Source: Eledone cirrhosa
Lineage: Eukaryota
DNA: 64,000 nt
Direction: 5' to 3'
NCBI GenBank assembly: GCA_964016885.1
Contig: OZ024740.1
Span: 360,468,001-360,532,000 of the forward strand
The notes under the pieces are model-generated. The model saw only the letters and a list, made by a program, of their open reading frames with translations, had not been told where the DNA came from and made no database searches. Each line of letters starts with the position of its first letter. Within the stretch, counting starts at the first letter, position 1. This document shows positions 52,643 through 64,000 of this stretch, piece by piece. A program made the position numbers and the translations under genes.

Positions 52643-54599
52643 ATCATCATCATCATCATCACCGTTTTACGTCCGTTCTTCCACGCTAGCATGGGTTAGA
52701 CGGGTTGTCCTGTTGTGGGCAGTGTCTGGTCGGCTGACCATGCCTTGCTCATACAGGAACTGATCTGGCTTGATTTCTACAGCTGGATGCCCTTCCTAAC
52801 ACCAACCTCATTTACAGTGAGTGCTGGGTGCTTTTTCGTGGCGCCTACACGTCCACTTTACAGTGTGGGCTGGGTGCTTTTTTGCCGTGGCACCTCCACG
52901 ACCACCTTGCGGTGGGGGGGTGGGCATATTGTTTATATGCTTCAGCATGTACCCATGGGAGGTCGGGTACCCTGTATTACTGCGTGACGCCAGAAGTCAC
53001 GGTCGTGTGTCATTGACTTTGAGAGGTGTAGTTGGGTAAGGTCGGCTTTTATCACCTCATCCCAAGTCATCTTGGGTCTCCCCACTCCGCGGTTTCCATC
53101 AACTTCTAGTGCTCTGCACCTTTTTATGCAGCTGCCATCCTTCATACGCATCACATGTCCATACCAGCGTAACCGCCTCTCCTGCACGCAGCATTTGATT
53201 CCTCTTATGCTCAGTCTCTCTCTCAATTCATTTATGCTTTGTCGTTCACGTATATTACTGTTACACATCCATCGGAGCATGCAGGCTTCGTTTCTCTCTA
53301 ATCTACGTAAGTCTTCCACCTTCAGCGCCCAGGTCTCACTACCATGCAACATTGCTGTTCGGATACACGCATCATACAGTCTGCCTTTCATTCTGAGGGA
53401 GAAGCCTTTTGCAGCTAGCAGTGGTAGTAGTTCCCTAAACTTCTTCCATCCCGTTCTTACCCTAGTTATTGTACTTTCTGAGCACCCACCTCCGTTGCTA
53501 ATTCGGTCACCTAGGTAGCAGAAGCTGTCTACTGTTTCTACAGGGCCCTCCCAGAGATTGGTGGTACTTGTTTCCTGTGGCTGTTTGCTTGCTGTTTCAG
53601 CACAGCTGCTGCATGTGAATCCTACATTCTTAATTAAGCTTCCTGAGATCCCGCTACATCTCTTGTGTACCCATTGTTTGCATTTGGGGCAAAGAATGGA
53701 GTTCCTACCTACACCTTTCCTACATACTGAGCAAGGCCATTTCCCTGAGGGGATCTGGGTTCTGTTTTCTCGTCTACTTATAAGGACCTTAGTCTTTGTC
53801 ATGTTGACTTTGAGGCCCTTTCTCTCTAGTCCCTGCTTCCAGGTTTGGAATTTATTCTCTAGTTCTACCATAGATTCAGCTATGAGTGCGAGGTCATCAG
53901 CATACAGGAGTTCCCATGGGCATCCGGTCTTAAACTCCTCCGTTATTGCCTGCAGGACTATGATGAACAGGAGAGGGCTAAGAACAGAGCCCTGGTGGAC
54001 CCCAACCTGTACGCTAAATTCCTCGCTATACTCATTGCCAATCCTAACTTTGCTGACTGCTCCCCTATACATGGCTTGTACCGCTTTCACAAGCCATTCA
54101 TCTACTCCTAGTTTTCTAAGAGCCCACCAGATTACTGCACGTGGAACTCTGTCAAAGGCTTTCTCAAGGTCGACAAATGCCAAGTAGAGTGGCTTACTTT
54201 TAGCTAGGTACTTTTCCTGTAATTGCCTCACAAGGAAGAGGGCATCAGTGGTGCCTTTCCCTGGTACAAACCCAAATTGCATCTCGTCTATATTCACCCG
54301 GTCCCTAATCAGCTGTGCTATAACTCTTTCTGTTACTTTCATGACCTGGTCCATCAACTTTATACCTCTATAGTTTCCTCTATCTAGTGCATCGCCTTTA
54401 CCTTTGTAGCAGTTGACAATGATGCTACTGCACCAATCTTTTGGTATGGCCCCCTCTAGTATTACCTGGTTAACGATACGTGTGGTTATAGTGTGACCTA
54501 CAGACCCAGATGCCTTCAGCATCTCGGCAGCTATACCCGATGGACCGGTTGCCTTCCCTATCTTCATATCTCTGTTGCCTTCCCTATCTTCATATCTCT
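52643..54599 (-). mobile_element. RTE family A, 5'-truncated; RT ORF 52942-54567 with intact YADD
   Basis: Near-identical to 33218-35160, with a (GAT)n tail. Confidence 0.95.
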
Positions 54600-54613
54600 T
54601 ATATATATATATA

Positions 54614-55672
<1,059 letters not shown>

Positions 55673-55747
55673 ATACTATATATATATATATATAGATATA
55701 TACTATATATATATACTATATATATATACTATATATATATATATATA

Positions 55748-55808
<61 letters not shown>

Positions 55809-55829
55809 ATATATATATATATATACATA

Positions 55830-55860
<31 letters not shown>

Positions 55861-55915
55861 CTATATATATATATATATACTATATATATATATATATACT
55901 ATATATATATATATA

Positions 55916-55946
<31 letters not shown>

Positions 55947-55990
55947 CTATATATATATATATATATATATATACTATATATATATATATA

Positions 55991-56055
<65 letters not shown>

Positions 56056-56071
56056 TATATATATATATATA

Positions 56072-56136
<65 letters not shown>

Positions 56137-56206
56137 TATATATATATATATATACTATATATATACATATATATATATATATATACTATATATATATATA
56201 TATACT

Positions 56207-56785
56207 ATCATCATCATCATCATCATCAACGTTTAACGTCCGTGTTCCATGCTTGCATGGGTTTGGACGGGGGTAGTCCCACTTGAGGCAAGAGTGATTG
56301 TCTTGCTCGCATAGGACTGTCTGGCAGGTTTTCTACAGTTGGATGCCCTTCCTAACACCAACCACATTTACAGTGTGGGTCTGGGAGGTTTTTACCGTGT
56401 TGCCTACACGGCCACATTACAGCGTGGACTGTGTGTTTTTTTGTCGTGACACCTACACGATCTCATTTGTTTCGGCCTCGATGGCGCGGCACCAACATAA
56501 CTTTACATAGAACGGGGTGGTGTGGATCGGGTGGGGGTGGTGGTGGTGGGACGGGGTGTATTTTGTTAGAGATGCCTACTGGCTGGAGTAGGTTTTACTA
56601 TATATTTAGGTAAGGCGGGTCTTCTCTGTTACTGAGTACCGCCAAAGGTCTCGGTCCAGTGACATTGTCTTGGAGAGGTGTAAATGTGTGATGTCGGAGT
56701 TTATCAGCTCGTCCCAGGTTTTTCTAGGTCTGCCTATTCCGTGACTACCGTCTATCTTTATTGCCCTGCACTTTGTTATACAGCT
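56207..56785 (-). mobile_element. RTE family B 3' fragment
   Basis: Reverse complement matches 59800-60484. Confidence 0.85.
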
Positions 56786-56817
56786 ATATATATATATATA
56801 TATACTATATATATATA

Positions 56818-56873
<56 letters not shown>

Positions 56874-57115
56874 TATATATATATATATATATACTATATA
56901 TATCTATATATATATATATATATATACTATATATATCTATATATATATATATATATATAGTATATATAGTATATATAGTATATATATATCTATATATATA
57001 TATATATATAGTATATATAGTATATATAGTATATATATATATATATATATATATAGTATATATATATATATATAGTATATAGTATATATATATATATACT
57101 ATATATAGTATATAT

Positions 57116-59005
57116 ATGCCTGGCGCTATAAAAGACACTTTCTATGAGACACTGATGCTCACTACATCCCAAATAACCGACAGTGACTATATAATTATTG
57201 CTGGCGACCTAAATGGTCACGTTGGACAACATTGTGACGGCTATGATGGAATCCATGGAGGCTATGGGTTTGGTACTAGAAATGAGGAAGGCTCCAGAAT
57301 CCTGGAATTCTGTGACGCAAATAGCCTAACAATCTGTAACACTAACTTTAAAAAACGAGACAATCACTTGATCACCTACAGATCAGGGGAACATACCAGC
57401 CAGGTAGATTATATCCTTACCAGAAGACGTGACAGAGTGTCTGTTGTAAACACTAAATCCCTCCCCCACGAAGAATGCACCTCCCAACACAGACTGATAA
57501 TTAGCGACCTCATAGTCAGGACGAGACGTACCCAACAGCAGAAGAGTCAGGAGAAAAATATGGAAGTTAAAGGACCCCACAGCCAGAAATAAATTTCAAA
57601 GCATATTACTTGATGCTTTAGACAGTAAGGAAGTGCATTTAGAGTCGTACAATATAGAGGAACAGTGGGAATTCCTGAAAGCAAACCTGCTGATGGCGGC
57701 AGACGAAGTCTGTGGCTGGAGCAGGCCTGTAGGCAGGAGGAGAGTAACATGGTGGTGGAACAGTAAGGTGGAGGAGTCAATTAAGGCCAAAAAGCAGGCT
57801 TAGAAAGTATGGTGGAATGGGGGAAGTAGAGAAGACTATCAAGTGGCCAGGAGGGAAGCTAGGAGACAAGTGTACTTCGCAAGAAGGGAAGCAGAGGAAA
57901 GAAAGTTCAAGCATGTTCTACAACGCGAGGACCAAAAACGTGAGGTGTTCAGGATTGCTAGGCAATGTGTCAAGGAAAACCGTGATATTGTCGGGGAGAA
58001 GTGTGTACTAAATGATGATGGCGTACTTGCCATCACTGACGCCGATAAGAAGGTAGCTTGGAAGTGTCACTACGAAAGGCTACTAAATGAGGAGAATAAA
58101 TGGGTGAAAGATAGTCTCCCCCAGATCGATCCAATAGAGGGACCAGCAGTGTTAGTTGAAGGTAGTATAATAAGTAAGGCAATCAAAGATATGAAGACGG
58201 GTAAGGCGGCTGGGCCTTCGGAAATAGTTGCTGAGATGCTGAAAGCCTCTGGAACGGTGGGACACACCATGGCCACCCGGATAGTAAACCAAGTCATACA
58301 GAATGGGGTTGTTCCGAAGGACTGGCGTAGCAGCATCATCATTAACTGCTACAAGGGTAAAGGAGACGCCCTAGATAGGAGTAACTATAGAGGCATTAAA
58401 TTAATCGACCAGGTCATGAAGGTCACGGAAAAAGTAATAGTGCAACTAATCAGAGAGAGAATTGATCTAGATGAAATGCAGTTCGGGTTTGTGTTAGGCA
58501 AAAGTACCACAGACGCTCTTTTCATTGTACGACAACTACAGGAGAAGTACCTAGCTAAAAGTAAACCCCTATACTTAGCTTTTGTTGACTTGGAGAAAGC
58601 CTTCGACAGTGTCCCCCGTTCCATTATCTGGTGGGCTCTTAGAAAATTAGGTGTTGACGAATGGCTTGTGAGAGCTATACAAGCCATGTATAAAGAAACA
58701 GTCAGCAAGGTTAGAATTAACGACGAATATAGTGAAGAGTTTAGCGTAAAAGTTGGTGTTCATCAGGGCTCTGTTCTTAGCCCCCTACTATTTATTATTG
58801 CCCTACAGGCTATAACAGTGGAGTTCAAGACCGGCTGCCCATGGGAACTCCTATACGCAGATGATCTAACGCTGATAGCTGAATCAATGGCCGAGCTAGA
58901 GAAGAAATTCCAAACATGGAAGCACGGCCTAGAATCAAAAGGCCTTAAAATTAACCTGGCTAGTTTGTAGGAAAGAAAATAAGGGGCCGGTCCCTTCCGG
59001 GAAAA
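57116..59005 (+). pseudogene. RTE family B ORF2 remnant (APE + RT) with frameshift and stops
   Basis: [37 protein letters not shown] and YADD. Homology ends at PVPSGK, just before the PHD finger. Confidence 0.9.
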
Positions 59006-59290
59006 TACTCGTAATAATTCTTTACACACATCTCACTGTGTAACACATTTCTCTTTGTGTAATATATACTTGCATTTGAGCTCAGAAGGAAATTCTCTAT
59101 TTCTTCTTTAAGCTAATACTATTATTATTATTACTGTGAACTGAGGAATACTCTTAATTCCGATCTTTGTATACTATACTATACATATATACTATATATA
59201 TATATATATATAGTGTATATATACTATATATATATATACTATATATATATACTATATATATATATATATACTATATATATATATATATAC

Positions 59291-59323
<33 letters not shown>

Positions 59324-59429
59324 TATATATATATATACTATATATATATATACACTATATATATATATACTATATATATATATACTATATATATATATAC
59401 TATATATATATATATATACTATATATATA

Positions 59430-59478
<49 letters not shown>

Positions 59479-59482
<4 letters not shown>

Positions 59483-60484
59483 CTGGATGGAAAAAGTTCA
59501 GAGAGCTTATACCACTATTAGCCGCAAAAGGGTTCTCCCTAAAAATGAAAGGCAGGCTGTATGATGCCTGCATACGAACAGCAATGTTGCATGGCAGTGA
59601 GACCTGGGCATTGTGTGCAGAGGATATACGCAGACTAGAGAGGAACGAAGCTTGCATGCTCCGCTGGATGTGTAATAGTAATATACGCGAACGGCAAAGC
59701 ATAAACGAACTAAGGGAAAAATTAGAAATAAGAGGGATCAGATGTTGTTTACTCGAGAGAAGGCTACGTTGGTATGGTCACGTGATGCGCATGAAAGACG
59801 ACAGCTGTATAAAAAAGTGCAGGGCAATAAAGATAGACAGTAGCCACGGAGTAGGCAGACCCAGAAAAACCTGGGACGACCTGAAAAATTCCGACCTCAC
59901 ACACTTACACCTCTCCAAGACAATGTCACTGGACCGAGATCTTTGGCGGTACTCAGTAAGTAATAGAGAAGACCCGCCTTACCTGAAATACAAAGTAAAA
60001 CCTACTACAGTCAGTAGGGATCTCTAACAAAACACACCCCCGTCCCACCACCCCCACCCCATCCACACCGCCCCTTTCAATGTAAAGTTATGTTGGTGCC
60101 ACAACATCCAGGCCGAAACAAATGAGATCGTGTAGGTGTCACGACAAAAAAACACACAGTCCACGCTGTAATGTGGCCGTGTAGGCAACACGGTAAAAAC
60201 CTCCCAGTCCCACACTGTAAATGTGGTTGGTGTTAGGAAGGGCATCCAGCTGTAGAAAACCCGCCAGACAGTCCACGCTGTAATGTGGCTGTGTAGGCAA
60301 CACGGTAAAAACCTCCCAGCCCCACACTATAAATGTGGTTGGTGTTAGGAAGGGCATCCAGCTGTAGAAAACCCGCCAGACAGTCCTATGCGAACAAGAC
60401 AACCACTCTTGCCTCAAGTGGGAAAACTCTCGTCCAAACCCATGCAAGCGTGGAACATGGACGTTAAACGATGATGATGATGAT
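59479..60484 (+). mobile_element. RTE family B 3' portion with a 112-bp tandem duplication in the 3' UTR (60156-60379)
   Basis: TGWKKFREL...[12 protein letters not shown] and a (GAT)n tail. Confidence 0.9.
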
Positions 60485-60576
60485 ATATCATCATTTCATT
60501 TTACGTCCGCTTTTTCCCTGCTTGCAAGGGTGGGACGGGAACTGTATATATAAAGTATATGTATATATACATAAAG

Positions 60577-60617
<41 letters not shown>

Positions 60618-60674
60618 GTGTATATATGTATATATATATATAAAGTATATGTATATATATATATATATATAAAG

Positions 60675-60775
<101 letters not shown>

Positions 60776-60802
60776 ATATATATATATATATAAAGTATAT
60801 GA

Positions 60803-63575
60803 TATTAAATAAATGGAAACTATATTTATAAAACCATATTTATTTCATTATATATATTTCAGGGATATCATATTAACAATATGCTATGCTTTCCTCAGAC
60901 AAAATACAATATAAACAGTTTTATAGATAAATAGATTTGACATACCGTACAACATCGACTTGTATTTGAAAAGTTGAATTGGCAGTGAAAAAATTGTAAA
61001 CAGAGAGAAAGAAAGAGAGAAAAAAAAAGGAAAGAAAGACAGAAAACGAAGACAAAGAAGAAAAAGAAGAAATGCATGGAACAAAATAGAGAGATGGAAA
61101 GATAGGTAAAGAGAAGAACTTCATGTAAAGAAACAGAGAGAGATATATATAGAGAGAGGAAATAGATAGAGATAGATATATATATAGAAAAATATGTAGT
61201 TGGACATCCGTTGAGTAAACGTATCAATGATACATTTATTTATTTATTTATTTATTTAGCTCTAGTATTAATGTAAGGGAGATATATGTGGTTAGGAGAG
61301 AAACCAGCTGTTATATAGAGAGAAAAATGAAAAGTAACCAGACATATGCGAGGCATTAAAACCCTATGTTTTAATGTAGAAGTATTAATATGTATAAAAA
61401 CCAGGCACTATATTGAAAATATCAGTATTCCTGAATGAGACATGTATCCATAATGTGTGAAAAGTAATGATCTTATGTTTAGTTTTAAAAAATTCATGTT
61501 TATATGATAACTACAAACATCGATGTGAATTTACATGATCAACTCTGCAAATCCTAAGTTCACACGGAAAACATTCTCATTGTGCTATAAAAATTTAAGT
61601 ATACACATATGTGTATATATATACACACATATATATAGAGTCTATATTACTACTATTCATGTCTTTACTCTACAAGATTATCTATCAAGCAGAAATAGAG
61701 AGCAGATTTCAATATATTAATAAAAAATATATCAGAAACAAAAACCAAAAAACAACAATAATAATAATAATAATAATAAATAAATAATAATAAAATAGAA
61801 AACTAAAAAATATTACATATTAAAAATATTACATATTAAAAATAAAAATATTAGAAAATACTACAATAATAAAAATAAACACAAAGATCAACCCTTCAAA
61901 ATTAATTGACAATATATTGCCAAGTTCATTATAAGCATCAGAGTCGAAAACAGATAAAGCTAAAAATTATTTATCAAATCGCATCTAGCAAAAATCATTT
62001 CAAAAAGTTTAGGATGCCCATTTGGTCTACATGTGTTCTTATATTTAATATAGAAGTTTATCTAGTGTAACGTTTATTCGAAATATTTGGAGCATCAACT
62101 TTTAGGGTAGTTTAATTTTTCATGAAGAATGTTTAAATAAAAATAAAAATAAAAAGAAGAATAAAAAGAAGAAATCGAAAGATTTATCGGCTAGTTTCCC
62201 AAATAATTATAAATCAAACTAAATATACTACATTTTAAATTTAAATTTATATTTAAAAGTTGAGTTTAATCTATGTTTGCAGCAACTGAATAAATTTGTC
62301 CATAGATTAAGGGAATTTTTAGATTTTAGTATAAAGAATATCTCCTCTGCGCAGAGGTCACATGTCTCAGAGGATGAATTAAAAGGAATCCCCCTTGAGA
62401 CTATATTCCAAGCCGTCGAATATCTAACGTTATCTAGCTTAAGTTGCCAGAGTACGCCTGATAGTGCCGTTGAAGATTTTTTGCTTGGATCTGTGAAAGA
62501 ATTCTTGTGGTTATTATAGCGAAGTTTAAATTCCGTCGATGTGGAACCGACGTAGTTAAAAGAATTAGAATCAGTTTTAACATTACAATTGTATACTATA
62601 TTTTTAACTAAGCAGTTGTTATTTAACGGACATTTAGATCTATCTCTACAGTTACATTTGTTAACTTGTATATTATTTATGCTATTATCACTAGGTTTTA
62701 AGTTCCTATTATTTATTCTATTAATATTTTGTGCTAAATTTTTGGTGGATGAGTAGGTTAATTTTATAGTATGTCTATTGAAAATTGAGTGATACCTATG
62801 TGTTCTAGGGAAGCGATTATCAAGAGCTTTAAAAAATAGTTTAGCGATGTGGGTTTTAATGTTTAGTGAGAAGGGGGGGGGGGGGGCAAACCAAATTATG
62901 TTCCTAGTTGTATTTCTTTTTTGGCCCTTGGAATTATTGTAATGCTTTCTATTATAGTTGTTAAGGTTGTTGCCGTAATTAAAATAGTTGTTATTTTGTT
63001 TAGTTTGTCTATCATTATCTATGTATATAATCTTATCAGTATATCCTACTCTAGCTAACGCTTCATTGTAGTACTGGGCTTTTTCGTCGAAAATCTTTCT
63101 ATTAGACGAGATTCTAGAGATACGTTTTTGAACAGAGTTTACTATAGTGTTTTTGACAGATCTGGGGTGGTTAGAGTTAAAGCTGACATAGTTTAAGTTT
63201 TCATTAAACTTGTGAAAAGGATAGTGAAGACGTGTTGAGATTTAATGTTATATCTAGGAAATTGACTATTCTATGGTTGTTCTCAATTTCTATTTTAAGA
63301 TTAAAGTAATTAAAAAATTGTGTAATTTGTTTACATTTTCTATTTAGTTCAGAGTTATTATTATCAATAAGTAAAAGCATGTCATCTCTATATAAACCTC
63401 CGGTAGTACCAGGTATTTTCCTATGTGGCGAATTGATTAAAAATAAGCCCACAAGGTCAGTTACCTGAGCTGAGTCGGATGATCCCATAGTAATGTCCAA
63501 ATACTTGTCGAGTGCTTTTATATCAGTTATTAATATTTACTAGTTGTAACCCAACAATTTAAATATAACTTTCCA
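60803..63575 (-). mobile_element. Penelope-like element, 5'-truncated and frameshifted; coding remnant ~63500-62235
   Basis: ITMGSSDSAQVTDLVG, GLYRDD, NFLDITL, CNCRDRSKCPLNNNC, IVYNC..NYVGST..FKLRYNNH, and CDLC..CKH. Confidence 0.85.
60841..60906 (-). ncRNA. Type I hammerhead ribozyme at the PLE 3' end
   Basis: TATTTTGT-CTGAGGA-[..CATATT-GTT-AATATG..]-GAAA-TATATA-TA-ATGAAATA. Stem I has two G-U pairs; palindromic loop III. Confidence 0.6.
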
Positions 63576-63648
63576 TATAAAGTATATGTATATATATATA
63601 TATATAAAGTATATGTATATATATATATGTATATATATATATATAAAG

Positions 63649-63716
<68 letters not shown>

Positions 63717-63969
63717 ATATGTATATATATATATATATATAAAGTGTATATATATATATATATATAAAGTATATGTATATATATATATATAAAGTATATG
63801 TATATATATATATATAAAGTATATATTTATATATATATAAAGTATATGTATATATATATATAAAGTATATATATATATATATATATAAAGTATATATATA
63901 AATATATATATATATAAAGTATATATATATATAAAGTATATGTATATATATATATATATATATATAAAG

Positions 63970-64000
<31 letters not shown>
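63576..64000. repeat. (TA)n-AAGTATATG compound microsatellite
   Basis: Same unit and orientation as 32320-33217. Confidence 0.9.

Noticed and set aside
63576-64000. Telomeric array at the window end
   Set aside because: No TTAGGG. The same AAGTATATG-(TA)n unit occurs internally.

Overview
AT-rich eukaryotic DNA. The SINE/RTE repertoire and huge (TA)n tracts suggest a cephalopod such as Octopus; this is inference. Bases 1-14.5 kb are mostly old SINE/MITE debris around one plausible intronless host gene (2608-3303). Its protein carries two PKI-like RRNAL pseudosubstrate motifs, and it sits behind a compact CRE + CCAAT + TATA-like promoter. From 14.8 kb to the end the window is a nest of mobile elements inserted into (TA)n microsatellites. 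These are a 6.6-kb ORF-less inverted repeat made of Penelope-like (PLE) 3' tails, a 3'-truncated intron-containing Helitron, several young RTE LINE copies with a PHD-type finger inside the RT, and at least five distinct PLE families. Most PLE 3' ends carry a type I hammerhead ribozyme that I could fold by eye, including core variants (U3-A8, A4) and two with very long stem II inserts. The many Y/I/C/V/M-rich ORFs are microsatellite artefacts. Coordinates were read by eye and may be off by a few bases at repeat borders.
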